A stretch of DNA of 64,000 nt from Candidatus Aminicenantes bacterium (GCA_963702005.1 OY969696.1:3424001-3488000), one strand, 5' to 3'; positions 10,631 through 20,987 are shown, numbered from the stretch's first letter. The notes: generated from the sequence alone by a model not told the origin. A program made the numbers and translations.

Positions 10631-11413
10631 TTAGCGCCGGTCCATGGCCAGGTGGCATAGGTAAATCAACTTGCAGGTGATCTCAAGCGCCTCCCGGGGT
10701 GAAGCGGCGGGCAGATCGGTCTTAAAGGGCTTGGTCAGCCGCTCATCGAAGATGGCCTGCGGGAACCACTCCCGGAGTTTTGCGCTGACGATATGGAAGT
10801 TGGCCGGGACGGAGGAGGTCAGCCGGGGGCCTAGGAAAGCGTAGTCGATGTGGTTCGGGGACATCTCGATGCGGGGATGGGGGGATCTCCTGTCATAAAC
10901 CTTTACGAAGTCATCCACTTGGAACGCTTCTCTGCTGGACTTTTTCGTGACCCGGCGCATGATGGGGAATCCTCCCATCAGCACAGTCGCCGGCACGTTG
11001 ATCTTGATCTTCGTGGTTGAAATCTCTGCTCGCGTATGACTCCGCATCCTTCCCTTCAAAATCAAGAATATGTCGCCGGTCTCGACTTTCGATTCTCGGC
11101 CAATCTTGTCACGGAATAGGACTTCTCCCTCTCCGGGTTTCAAGGTATGCGCCACGAAGCCGGCTGAGTGGCTCCGAAGCTCCGAATCCCTGCACACGAA
11201 TGCGACAAGACCCGCATCCCTGATGTTTCGAGCGATCGAATTCGCCCGGTCGATATCGGTGTCGTGAGCGATGATTCGAGGAATGTCCCCGGCCAGGAGA
11301 AGTCGCGTGTCAAAGATCTCCTTGCCCACGAGCGAAGCCACCATCTTCGCGACGTCGGCATCGAGGGATTTCGGGGGAACGACGGCGACATGAACTATCT
11401 CCGATTGACTCAT
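10631..11413 (-). CDS. Hypothetical protein
   Basis: 260-aa ORF with ATG and upstream GAGAGGGG; no recognised motif. Confidence 0.7.
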   Translation of the reverse strand: MSQSEIVHVAVVPPKSLDADVAKMVASLVGKEIFDTRLLLAGDIPRIIAHDTDIDRANSIARNIRDAGLVAFVCRDSELRSHSAGFVAHTLKPGEGEVLFRDKIGRESKVETGDIFLILKGRMRSHTRAEISTTKIKINVPATVLMGGFPIMRRVTKKSSREAFQVDDFVKVYDRRSPHPRIEMSPNHIDYAFLGPRLTSSVPANFHIVSAKLREWFPQAIFDERLTKPFKTDLPAASPREALEITCKLIYLCHLAMDRR

Positions 11414-11620
11414 TGGTGCATTTTTCCCCTCTCAATGTACCATCTGTAAAGTTAAATTTTCAATCTTTCGGAGTGAACTCCGTTTCCGGTCCATTTTCCT
11501 GGCAAGTTTAAAATTATAAAGTTGCCCAGTGAGTCTGAGCCTACTTGTAAAAAAGCCTGTTTTTGCGCCAAAAAAAGTTGAAAAGGACCCAAAAACGCTC
11601 TTAAATTGTCGCCATTTCTA

Positions 11621-11652
11621 TTGATATTAATTAGATAGTTCGGTCCGACCCC
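11621..11652. repeat. AT-rich element end TTGATATTAA...GGTCCGACCCC (inverted partner at 14835-14866)
   Basis: GGTCCGACCCC at 11642-11652 is the exact reverse complement of GGGGTCGGACC at 14835-14845; the adjacent 21 nt match 13/21. Confidence 0.5.
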
Positions 11653-11741
11653 AAATAATTTTTCAAGATTCCCATTTGCCGCGAATCGGACTAAAATGAG
11701 AACAATGCTTTGATTGAAACGGGTTTCCCTCCGGAGGCATC

Positions 11742-12515
11742 ATGACACTCAAGAAAAAACTGACCTTGGGCTTGGGGTTCTTGTTCCTCATTATCTTTGT
11801 CCTGGTGATTTTCTATTCGTATTATATCGGCAAGCTCTCGCAAGACGCCGAGAACATCCTGAAAGATAACTATAAATCCCTGGTCTACTCCAAAAACATG
11901 ATCTCGGCCCTCGAGGACATGCGGACGGCCATCGGCAGCATCGTCTTCAACCCGACCGACGATAAAAAGACCTCCGACTACTACCTGAAGCTCTTTGAAG
12001 CCGGCAGGACCGAATTCGAGAACAACCTCAAGTCCGAAAACAGCAACATCACCGAGATCCATGAAAGGGAATATGCGGCCACGATCAACCAGGGTTATGC
12101 TTTGTACGCGAACCTCTGCCATCGGATCGTCAAGGGGGAGGGAGGCCGCGCCCTGTATTTCAACGAAAACCAGCCGGCCTTTGAAACGCTCAGGCATGCC
12201 ATCAACTCCATCAACGATATCAACATGCAGGCGGTCGAGCGCAAGAGCCAGATGACGAAACGCGATTCGGCCAGGATCATCGACCTCATGGCTGTCATAG
12301 GGATCTTCTGCCTCATCCTGGCGTTCGTCTATTTTTGGTACTTCCCGTTCTACATATCCAATTCGATCGCCTATCTCTCCGGCAGGATGAAGGAGCTCCT
12401 GAAGAAGTCCGATATCATCCTCGACATCAAGACGAACGACGAGACCTACATCATTCTGCAGGCCATCAACTTGCTGGAAAACGAGCTGGACGGAAAGGAC
12501 AAAAAGAAGCATTAG
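11742..12515 (+). CDS. Membrane protein with periplasmic four-helix-bundle sensor domain (KinB/MCP-like), no kinase domain
   Basis: GGAGG RBS; TM - NILKDNYKSLVYSKNM...NITEIHE...INMQAVERK - TM, then a short cytoplasmic tail. Confidence 0.75.
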   Translation: MTLKKKLTLGLGFLFLIIFVLVIFYSYYIGKLSQDAENILKDNYKSLVYSKNMISALEDMRTAIGSIVFNPTDDKKTSDYYLKLFEAGRTEFENNLKSENSNITEIHEREYAATINQGYALYANLCHRIVKGEGGRALYFNENQPAFETLRHAINSINDINMQAVERKSQMTKRDSARIIDLMAVIGIFCLILAFVYFWYFPFYISNSIAYLSGRMKELLKKSDIILDIKTNDETYIILQAINLLENELDGKDKKKH

Positions 12516-12701
12516 AAATCGAGAGCTGGGATTTTTGGGCCGGGCCGCCCCCACGTTAGGAATTAGACTGACTCTCCAATATTAAAATCCCGTTCGGACG
12601 AACAAAAATCCCGGATGTGACTTTCGCATGGCAAAGCGAAGAGAGGTATGGGATGGTAACGCCGATGATATGATGTGGAATACGAGTCAGGGAGGTCAAT
12701 C

Positions 12702-14687
12702 ATGAGGAATTTGAAAATCGAATCAGCGGGCGGGCAATTCAAGGGTATCGGGCTGACGCTCGCACTTGTCTTTATAGGAAGTTTCATCGAGGGGCAGGCG
12801 TGGGCTGGAAAGACGGCCAAGCGTCAAGACCCGGCGGCGCGAGCGATCATCGCCGGGAAAGCCGTGCCGCAGACGAAAAGCGCGGAATCAGGGGCCGACT
12901 CGACAGGTGTCATCGACCTTCCCAAGGCCGCGTCGGCACCCGCCATCGACGGCAAGCTCGATGATCCTGCCTGGGCTTCCGCCAGGAAATTCACGGATTT
13001 CGTGACGCTTCATCCGATTGCCGGCCTCGCGCCATCGGAGAAAACCAAGGTCTTCCTCACCTATGATGCGCAAGCGATCTATGTCGGTTTCGAATGCTCC
13101 GACTCGGAGCCCTCCAAGATCAAAACCGGCGCGGGCGAAGTCGACAACCCCCGGTCCGACGACTGGGCCGCATTCTGTCTTGACCCCTACGGCGATGCCC
13201 TGGGCGCGTTCTTTTTCATGCTGACTCCCGCCGGCATCCCGACCGATGGAACCCTGGCCACGACCGGGTCCCCATCTCCGACGTTCAACACCAAATGGAC
13301 GAGCGCGGTCCGTCTCAGCGACCGCGGCTACACGGCGGAAATGGCCATACCCTGGGACAGCATTCCCCACGGCGGACGCACCGACGCGGTGATGAGCTTC
13401 AAGGCCGCGCGCTTCATCAGCCGGAAAGAGGAGGAGGACGACTGGCCGCGAATCGACCCCGAGCTCCAGCCTCACCTGTCTCAATTACGGAAGATATCGG
13501 TGGCGGGCATCGCGGCCGGCCGGCCCGCGACGGCGCCCATCATGGACGTCATGGATCGCTATCGCGGCAAGGTTGAAGCAAGCCGGCGGCACGACACGAG
13601 CACCATGAACGGCAGGGCCGCGGCCTGGGGGGACGCCTCGGTCATCGATTATCTCATGTTTCCGTCGCACGCTCTCAAGGCGTCGCCTGAGCCCTACCGC
13701 TTCAAATCGCGGCTGGAAACGGCCCGGGTCAAGTCCGCGTTCGAGGGGCTGACCTATCTCGACGGCCGGCGGGTCGGCGACCTGGAGGACCTGCTCAGGC
13801 GAACGCTCTCGGCTTCGTTCATCGTGATCCGGGACGGAGCCGTCGTCTATGAAAACTATTTCAACGGATACGGCCGCGATTCGATGTGCACCTCGTTCTC
13901 CGTGGCCAAGTCCTTCGCCTCGACCCTGGTCGGGATCGCCGTCGCTGAGGGCAAGATCGGGAGCGTCGAAGATCCGATAACGAAGTACCTCCCGGAGCTC
14001 AAGGCGCGCGACCCCCGCTTCAAGCCGATCACGATCAAGGACCTCGTCTCGATGCGCTCCGGGCTCCGCTATAGCGAGGACGACCGCTACCGCGATAACG
14101 AGATCACTTACATAGCGCCCGACCTGAGACAAGCCGCGCTCCGGCAGACCGAAGTCGTCGAGGCGCCGGGCGGCCGCTTCCTCTACAACAACTACAACCC
14201 GCTGCTTGTGGGGATGATCCTCGAGCGGGCCACGGGCCGGAGCGTCGCCGCCTATCTCCAGGACAAGCTCTGGACGCCGCTCGGCATGGAGTTCGACGGC
14301 TCGTGGAGCACGGACAGCGAGGCGAGCGGCTTCGAGAAGATGGAGAGCGGGATTAACGCCCGCTCGATCGACTTCGCCAAGCTCGGTCAGCTCTTTCTTG
14401 ACGAGGGTCGGCGGGGAGGCACGCCGATCGTCTCGGCGCGCTGGGTCGCCGAGGCGACCCAGCCCGAGGGCAAGCGTGTTTCGCCCGAGGGCGCTTACTA
14501 CGGCTATTTCTGGTGGGGGCTCAAGAGGGACGGCGGCAAGAGCGATTTCTTCGGGTTGGGAAACAAGGGCCAGCTCCTTTATGTCTGCCCGCAGAAGAAG
14601 CTCGTCATCCTCCGCAACGGGATCGAATACGGGATGCCCTCCGAAGTCTGGGAGCGCCTGTTCTACGATTTCGCCTCGAAATATTGA
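12702..14687 (+). CDS. Secreted CBM9-like sugar-binding domain fused to a class C beta-lactamase-like serine hydrolase
   Basis: GGAGG RBS, signal peptide. APAIDGKLDDPAW...YTAEMAIPW (CBM9-like); SFSVAKS (SxxK), FLYNNYN, GLGNKGQ. Confidence 0.8.
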   Translation: MRNLKIESAGGQFKGIGLTLALVFIGSFIEGQAWAGKTAKRQDPAARAIIAGKAVPQTKSAESGADSTGVIDLPKAASAPAIDGKLDDPAWASARKFTDFVTLHPIAGLAPSEKTKVFLTYDAQAIYVGFECSDSEPSKIKTGAGEVDNPRSDDWAAFCLDPYGDALGAFFFMLTPAGIPTDGTLATTGSPSPTFNTKWTSAVRLSDRGYTAEMAIPWDSIPHGGRTDAVMSFKAARFISRKEEEDDWPRIDPELQPHLSQLRKISVAGIAAGRPATAPIMDVMDRYRGKVEASRRHDTSTMNGRAAAWGDASVIDYLMFPSHALKASPEPYRFKSRLETARVKSAFEGLTYLDGRRVGDLEDLLRRTLSASFIVIRDGAVVYENYFNGYGRDSMCTSFSVAKSFASTLVGIAVAEGKIGSVEDPITKYLPELKARDPRFKPITIKDLVSMRSGLRYSEDDRYRDNEITYIAPDLRQAALRQTEVVEAPGGRFLYNNYNPLLVGMILERATGRSVAAYLQDKLWTPLGMEFDGSWSTDSEASGFEKMESGINARSIDFAKLGQLFLDEGRRGGTPIVSARWVAEATQPEGKRVSPEGAYYGYFWWGLKRDGGKSDFFGLGNKGQLLYVCPQKKLVILRNGIEYGMPSEVWERLFYDFASKY

Positions 14688-14737
14688 TGGAGGACGCTAT
14701 CGGCCCTCACGACTTCAGAGGCCTTGGGAGAAACGAG

Positions 14738-14860
14738 ATGAAAGCTGCGACGATCGCCTTGCACGCCGTGCTCACTCTAATCCTATCGGCCTGGCCCGCG
14801 TTCGCCCAGGACCCCCAGGACCCATCAGACCTAGGGGGTCGGACCAAGTTAACATATTGA
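14738..14860 (+). pseudogene. Truncated secreted-protein gene (signal peptide only)
   Basis: GGAG RBS, MKAATIALHAVLTLILSAWPAFA-QDPQDP; runs into the GGGGTCGGACC element and stops. Confidence 0.55.
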
Positions 14861-14866
14861 TATTAA
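14835..14866. repeat. AT-rich element end GGGGTCGGACC...TTGATATTAA
   Basis: Inverted partner of 11621-11652; marks an abrupt switch to AT-rich DNA. Confidence 0.5.
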
Positions 14867-15037
14867 ATAAGCTAAATGCGTTTTAATGCCGTATTTCTTG
14901 CTTGAATTGATATTTCGGGGTCCAGAAAAGGAGAAATAAAGAGGTTCTTACCGCCTTGAAATCTCCCAATTTCTCTGATACGATTAAATTCACAATCTTC
15001 GATCGCCGCCTCAATTCCATATCTGTGTCGAGCCGAG

Positions 15038-16411
15038 ATGACAAAAAAAAATATCCTCGCGCCTCTTAAGAAGATCCGGGTCAAGGCCTCCCTGTTTGTC
15101 CTCCTGCTCCTCGTCTCGACCTCCCTCGCCTTCTCCCTCATCACCCTCCGGATCATGAACCGACGCGTCCTTGACGAGGTCAGCAAGCGGGCCGAAACCC
15201 TCTGCCGGGGCACTGCTTCTACGGCCGGCTATACTCTCATCTCCCAGGACCTCCTGGGGCTCGACAACATCGTTTACAGGATCAAGACGTCCAGCCCCGA
15301 TATTGTGTACGTGGCCATCGTCGACCTGGACGGAAAAATCCTGGTGCACAGCGACACAAAAAGGACGGGCGAACCGTTCCGGCCGGCCGCCGGCAGACTC
15401 TTGCGCAAGGCCGCGGACGGGACCACGATCGTCGAGATCACCGGTTCAATACGGGGGCTGCTCGAGGTCCGGACGCCAGTCGTTTTCCTAGAGAAGCCCC
15501 TCGGCTCGGTCGTCCTGGCCGTCAACAAGGCCGTCCTAATCGAGGCCCAGCGGGAGGCCAGGAACAGAATTCTCTTGGTCTTCGGCCTTCTCCTCCTCGT
15601 TGGTGTGGCCAGTAGCGTCCTGTTGACGTCGGTCCTGACCAAGCCCGTCCGGGAACTTTCGGCCGGAGTGGCCGAACTCAAGGAGGGCAAGCGAAGACGG
15701 CCTCTGCGGGTTTATTCCCAGGATGAGCTCGGCCGGCTGACCGAGAGCTTTAACGACATGACGGCGCTGATCACGGCCCAAAAAGACACTCTGAGCCGAA
15801 ATGCCCAGGACTTGGAAGAGGCCTACGTCTCGACGGTACGGGTGTTGGCCGCAGCTATCGACGCCCGGGATACTTATACCCTCGGCCACTCGACTCGGGT
15901 CGCCCAGCTCTCGCTGGACCTCGGCCGGGGCCTTGACCTCAACCCCGCCCAGCTTGAGGAGCTTGAGATCGCCTGCCTTTTCCATGACGTCGGAAAGATC
16001 AAGATCCCCGATTCGATACTCCTCAAAAAGGGCAAACTCGACACCAGCGAGCAGCGGGAGATGATGAGACACCCCGAATACGGCGCCGAGATTCTGTCCA
16101 AGGCCCGGTCGCTGCTGAAATACATTCCGGCCGTACGGCACCACCATGAATGGTATAACGGCACCGGCTATCCGGACGGGTTGAGCGGCCCAAAGATACC
16201 GTTGGCCGCGGCCATCATCTCCCTGGCCGATATCTATGACGCTATGACCTCGGACCGGCCGTATCGTCGCGCTCTCAGCGATGAGGAAGCTCAGGCCGAG
16301 ATCGCTGGATTGGCCGGAAAGCAGTTCGACCCGGAGCTGGCGGCCCGGTTCGTTGACCTATTGAAAAGAAGACGCCCGATGCCGTCCGCGGGCCTGGTGA
16401 ATAGCGGATGA
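15038..16411 (+). CDS. Membrane-bound HAMP + HD-GYP cyclic di-GMP phosphodiesterase
   Basis: Two TM helices with periplasmic domain, HAMP (DELGRLTESFNDM), GHSTRV, FHDVGKI, HHEWYNGTGYPDGL, DAMTSDRPYR. Confidence 0.9.
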   Translation: MTKKNILAPLKKIRVKASLFVLLLLVSTSLAFSLITLRIMNRRVLDEVSKRAETLCRGTASTAGYTLISQDLLGLDNIVYRIKTSSPDIVYVAIVDLDGKILVHSDTKRTGEPFRPAAGRLLRKAADGTTIVEITGSIRGLLEVRTPVVFLEKPLGSVVLAVNKAVLIEAQREARNRILLVFGLLLLVGVASSVLLTSVLTKPVRELSAGVAELKEGKRRRPLRVYSQDELGRLTESFNDMTALITAQKDTLSRNAQDLEEAYVSTVRVLAAAIDARDTYTLGHSTRVAQLSLDLGRGLDLNPAQLEELEIACLFHDVGKIKIPDSILLKKGKLDTSEQREMMRHPEYGAEILSKARSLLKYIPAVRHHHEWYNGTGYPDGLSGPKIPLAAAIISLADIYDAMTSDRPYRRALSDEEAQAEIAGLAGKQFDPELAARFVDLLKRRRPMPSAGLVNSG

Positions 16412-17253
16412 GTGCCAGACTCGTTAGATTGCTCCTGGTCGCCGCCGTGATCGGGCTTTTCCTCTTTTCCTGCGCTCCCCCCCAAAAGCCCAGCCTCAAA
16501 GACACGGCGCGGGCTCAGAGGCGCCTCGCCAGGGACGATATTAAAGGGGCGCTGGATTCCTTCGCTGCGATCGCCAAGCGCTATCCAGACGACAAGGTCG
16601 TCCTCAAAAAATATGCCGCAGCTGTCGAAAAGATGAAGGCCCGGGCCGACAAGTGGTTCACAGAGAAAGATTTCGATGCCGCCGAAAAGACCTACTCCCT
16701 CCTCCTCGCGAATTTCCACCTCTTTATAGGGTTTGAAAAATCGCTGCCGTTCGGGCCGGGGTTCCTGAGCCAGCGTGTCCTTCAATGCCAAGAATATTCG
16801 AGCGAGCGGCGGGCCCGCCAGGCGCTTGCCGAGGGCGACTACCTGAAGGCGCTGGACGGTTTCAAGGTCCTGCCGCCGGAAGTCCTCCGAGATCCGGCTT
16901 TATCCCCCGGTCTGCGGCGAATCATGGAAGAGATCAAGGGTTTGGCCGATAAGGCCCTCGCCAGGAAAGACTTCGTGGCCGCCGGCAAAGGCTACGCCGT
17001 GCTCTGGCGAGAGTCCCCGATGGCCCAGCAGGCCGGTCTTTCTCTCTCGTTCTCCAGGGATGACCTGGACGAGGGGGTGAAGGAGTGCCGCACTCAGCTC
17101 ACCCGGGAGGGCCTGGACCAATACAGAAAGGGGAACCTAAAAAAAGCCATCGTCATCTGGCAGGGCCTGCTTCAGTTCGACCCCGATAACGCCGAGATCC
17201 GGAAAGCCGTCGATACGGCCACCGAGCAGCTCAAGAAATTAGGGGACAGCTGA
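16408..17253 (+). CDS. Helical-repeat (TPR-like) lipoprotein
   Basis: Lipobox LFSC, ATGA overlap with the HD-GYP gene, TPR-like end KAIVIWQGLLQFDPDNAE. Confidence 0.7.
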   Translation: MSARLVRLLLVAAVIGLFLFSCAPPQKPSLKDTARAQRRLARDDIKGALDSFAAIAKRYPDDKVVLKKYAAAVEKMKARADKWFTEKDFDAAEKTYSLLLANFHLFIGFEKSLPFGPGFLSQRVLQCQEYSSERRARQALAEGDYLKALDGFKVLPPEVLRDPALSPGLRRIMEEIKGLADKALARKDFVAAGKGYAVLWRESPMAQQAGLSLSFSRDDLDEGVKECRTQLTREGLDQYRKGNLKKAIVIWQGLLQFDPDNAEIRKAVDTATEQLKKLGDS

Positions 17254-17297
17254 AAACAGTTCGTCAACCTTCATCCCGCCCCCGTTATCCCCAATCC

Positions 17298-18926
17298 TTA
17301 TTTCTGCATTTCGACCGGAATGGCCAGGGGCTTGCGCGGCAGCATCTCCTCCCGCATCGCGGTCTGATAGACGAACGCGGCCATGACGATGGCTGATTGG
17401 ACAAGGTCTTCCGGAACGCAGTGGTCGTAGACGTCCTGGTTGGTGTGATGGAGCGCCGGGAAGTAGTCGATCGGATCCTGGATGAACTGGAATCCCGGGA
17501 TGCCGACATAGTCAAAAGGCAGGTGGTCGGTCCCCTCGGTCGGCTGAAGCGCGATCGTCGTGACCCCCAGGTCCCGCAGCGGCTTCATCCACTCCTCGAA
17601 GATCGGCCGCACCTGGAAATTTTCCTGGATGTAGATTCCCCTGATCCTGCCCGAGCCGTTGTCGTAGTTGAAATATCCCGAAATCTTGTTGTAGTCGGGT
17701 TTGGCGATGATTTTCTTGGAATCGCCGAGCGGGCTCCTCCAATTTTTCTCGTAGGCCTCCCAGTCCGGCTTTTCAAGGGTTTTTTTGTCCGTGTCCGCAA
17801 AGTGCTTGACAACATAACCGCGCGAGCCGTAATAGCCCATTTCTTCACCCGTCCAGAACGCGGCTCGAACGGTCCGCCTCGGTTTTATGCCCAGGGTCTT
17901 GAGGATGCGCATGGCCTCCATGGTCACCATGCAGCCGGATGCATTGTCGACGGCGCCCGTGCCTCCGGCCCAGGAATCGAGGTGCCCTCCGAGCATGACC
18001 AGCTCGCCCTTTTTATCCGTGCCGGGAATCTCCGCGACAACGTTGTAGCCCTCCCGATCCTGATCATAGATCGTGCTTCTGATTTCAATCTCAAGAGTCA
18101 CGGGGACTTTGAGGTCAAGGACGCGGCAAATCCGGGCGTAATGTTCAGCCGACATAACGATCTTCGGGCTTTGACCCGGCGTTTGATTGTCCTTGCCGTC
18201 GCCCCGGTAGGCATCGACATGGACGGTGCCGTAATCGCTCCGGCCCGGAGGGCTGGATTCGACCAGCACGCCCACTCCCTCGGTCCTGTAGAATTCGACG
18301 AGCTCCTCCCATTTGACTTCCGGCTTCGGCTGTTCTTCCCCCGGTTTTATGGGGATGGGAGTGTCGGCGAGTTCCTTGAGGTCCTGTTCGTCGAGGCGAT
18401 GGGCGATCGGCTTGAAGACGGGAGGGGTCGGCCGCGGCTGCTGGGTGAAGACAATAGCCCCCTTGAGCTTGCCCCTGTATTTTTCTAAATCCGCCTTGGT
18501 CTTAATAATAGCGAGCATGGGCTGCCCGGTGATCTTGCCTTTTGTGCCCATGGTCCAGGGGACCGGATAGGCAACGATCGGAAAATACGAGGGCTCGGTC
18601 ATGTGGACGGAAACATACTCATTAGACCAGCCCAGGCCGAACTCGCCGCACGGTTCGACGGCGACATTCTCCATTCCGTACTCTTTGAATTTCGCGACGG
18701 CCCAGTCATAGGCTTTTTTCATAGCCGGCGAGCCGGGAACGCGCGGGCCGATCACGTCGGTCAGGTAGCTGAGATTTTTCATGATCTGGGAACGATTGAC
18801 TCCTTCTTCCCAGATGCGGTTGACCATTTTTGTGTCGGCCCTATCCTGCGGCGCTTGAGAATAAGAGAACGAAAATACAAAAAGTGCCAGAAGGACTCCC
18901 GCGGCTAATAGACGATGCGCTTTCAT
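17298..18926 (-). CDS. Secreted M28-family metallopeptidase (carboxypeptidase Q-like)
   Basis: Signal peptide; GGHLDSW, GAVDNASG, WTGEEMG, GTDHLPF, HHTNQD. Confidence 0.9.
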   Translation of the reverse strand: MKAHRLLAAGVLLALFVFSFSYSQAPQDRADTKMVNRIWEEGVNRSQIMKNLSYLTDVIGPRVPGSPAMKKAYDWAVAKFKEYGMENVAVEPCGEFGLGWSNEYVSVHMTEPSYFPIVAYPVPWTMGTKGKITGQPMLAIIKTKADLEKYRGKLKGAIVFTQQPRPTPPVFKPIAHRLDEQDLKELADTPIPIKPGEEQPKPEVKWEELVEFYRTEGVGVLVESSPPGRSDYGTVHVDAYRGDGKDNQTPGQSPKIVMSAEHYARICRVLDLKVPVTLEIEIRSTIYDQDREGYNVVAEIPGTDKKGELVMLGGHLDSWAGGTGAVDNASGCMVTMEAMRILKTLGIKPRRTVRAAFWTGEEMGYYGSRGYVVKHFADTDKKTLEKPDWEAYEKNWRSPLGDSKKIIAKPDYNKISGYFNYDNGSGRIRGIYIQENFQVRPIFEEWMKPLRDLGVTTIALQPTEGTDHLPFDYVGIPGFQFIQDPIDYFPALHHTNQDVYDHCVPEDLVQSAIVMAAFVYQTAMREEMLPRKPLAIPVEMQK

Positions 18927-19059
18927 CCGAGTTCCCTCCTACCTAAATATTAGGCTTCTATTATAATTTTCTTTTAGGATAGGGGGAAAGGTTTTTTTTG
19001 CAGGCGCGCTTCCAGGAGGGCGATGATCCGTTCGGAAAGGTTGCGGCCGATCTCCATGA

Positions 19060-20787
19060 TCAGGAGAAGCGGGACGGCTCGGTCCCGCCACCCGTCGTCT
19101 CACGTCTCCTCATGGCATCGAGGATGATCAGGGCGTTATCCCCGTAGACGTTGTTTTTATTATTGGTGACGCCGTGCTCTAGGGTGAAGACGCCATCCTG
19201 CCAACGGAACAGCTCCGCCAGCGCCTCCTCACCGGACAACACCCCTTGGATGACGTACTTGATCTTCCCCGCCTCGACATAGATCCTCCCCTCCTGGTCG
19301 CTGCTCCTCACCATGACCAGGACGGTCTTGACCCCATAGTCGAGGACCTGCAGCAGATCGGGAAGAAGGAACTCCTTCAGGTTGCCCACCACCCCGCCCC
19401 GCTTCGGCACCGGAGAACGATCCTTGTATTTCTTTGTCCTCTTGAAGAGATTCTCGATCTTGACAACGAACTCGCCGAGCTCGTAGGGCTTGGGTATGAA
19501 GTCGTCCGCGCCTATCCGGTAGGCCTTGATTCGGTCGGCGGCGTTGTTGCCGGTGGAGAGGAAGATGAACAGAGTCTCCTCCAGATCGGGATTGTTCCGC
19601 ACATACTCCAGCAGCTTGTGGCTTTCGCGATCCTTAAGGACCAGTTCCGAGACGATGAGGTCGGGATCCTGTGTCCCCGCCAGGCTGATGCCGTCCTCGA
19701 CGTTCCGGGCGGTGATGACTTCATAGCCTTCCAGGTCGAGGACTATCTTGAGCCGGGCCAGGTTCTTGATGTCGTCGTCCACCAGGAGGATTTTGAGCGA
19801 GCCTTTCTGCAGCCGGTCCGAGAAGTGCTTGCGCGCCACCTCCAGGAAGACCTCGACTACCTCCGGATCGAACTGTATCCCGGCGTTGGCGTTGATCTCG
19901 CGCAGGGCCTCCTCCATGTGGAACACTTGCCGATAGGGGCGGCGGGAAATCATGGCGTGAAAGGCGTCGACCACGGCGATGACCCTTGAACCGATGGGGA
20001 TTTCCCGCCCCTTGAGGCCATCGGGGTAGCCGTTGCCGTCAAAGCGCTCATGATGGTGCTTGATGATGGGGAGGATATTCCAGGGGAAGGGGATATCCTT
20101 CAGCAACTCGCAGGCCACCAGGGGGTGATTCTTCATGGCATCCTGCTGCTTGTCGTCGAGGCCGCTCTTCTTCCAGAGAATGTCCTTCTGGATGCCGAGC
20201 TTACCGATGTCATAGAGGGAGGCGGCAACCTCGGTGGCGCTGACGATCTCCGGAGGGAGTTTCATAATCTCGGCTATCTTGGCGCTGCAGGTGACAATAG
20301 ACTCGATGTTCCCTTTCTGGAAGGGATCTTCCATGTCCAGCAGCGACTGGAAGATGTTGGCCACCTGGACGAGGCTTTTCTTCAGCTTCTCCTTCTCGGC
20401 GACCTCCTTGCGGCTGGCAACCGTGGCCTGGGCTTTTCCGGTTAGGATAGTGCGCAGCAGCGCCCCAGAGACGACGAAGTCGGAGATCCCGAAGGCAGAT
20501 ACATCAGCCTGAGTACGGATGCTCTTGAAGTTGGTGACGAAGAGCAAGGTATCGGGAGGAATCTTCTTGACCAGCTCCTCCAGGTATTGATCAGGGCTCA
20601 TCCCCCCCAGGAAATCACCGGTGGGCGAACCCTGAATAATGACGATGTCGTAACCGCCCCCGGTAGCCAGAGCTATTCCCTGCGGGACTTTATCGGCGTA
20701 TTCCACCGTGCCCACCTCCGGCGCCATGTTGGAGAAGAGGAACCGGAGTATCCCGTTTTCGTCATTGACGATGAGAAAACGAGCCAT
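19060..20787 (-). CDS. Degenerate HD-GYP + receiver + DUF4388 signalling protein
   Basis: ATG 20787 with GGAGG. YDIGK, HHERFDGNGYPDGL; REC domain ILLVDDD...GADDFIPKPY; C-terminal GNLKEFLLPDLLQ. Confidence 0.85.
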   Translation of the reverse strand: MARFLIVNDENGILRFLFSNMAPEVGTVEYADKVPQGIALATGGGYDIVIIQGSPTGDFLGGMSPDQYLEELVKKIPPDTLLFVTNFKSIRTQADVSAFGISDFVVSGALLRTILTGKAQATVASRKEVAEKEKLKKSLVQVANIFQSLLDMEDPFQKGNIESIVTCSAKIAEIMKLPPEIVSATEVAASLYDIGKLGIQKDILWKKSGLDDKQQDAMKNHPLVACELLKDIPFPWNILPIIKHHHERFDGNGYPDGLKGREIPIGSRVIAVVDAFHAMISRRPYRQVFHMEEALREINANAGIQFDPEVVEVFLEVARKHFSDRLQKGSLKILLVDDDIKNLARLKIVLDLEGYEVITARNVEDGISLAGTQDPDLIVSELVLKDRESHKLLEYVRNNPDLEETLFIFLSTGNNAADRIKAYRIGADDFIPKPYELGEFVVKIENLFKRTKKYKDRSPVPKRGGVVGNLKEFLLPDLLQVLDYGVKTVLVMVRSSDQEGRIYVEAGKIKYVIQGVLSGEEALAELFRWQDGVFTLEHGVTNNKNNVYGDNALIILDAMRRRETTGGGTEPSRFS

Positions 20788-20987
20788 AGTGCCTCCCTGG
20801 TTTACAGGATTTTCCTTTTTCCGCAGCGTGGAGGATGCCCCTCCTTTACGAGGAATCCCCGCTCTCAACCACGCCTTAAATATAATACGGGCCGGGGCCG
20901 GCGTCAAGGACCCCTCGGGGCAGCCAAGAAAAGGTTCTTTGGTAAAGGATCGCCGAATCGGGGCGGGTGCGCGCTAGAAGCCCCGGC

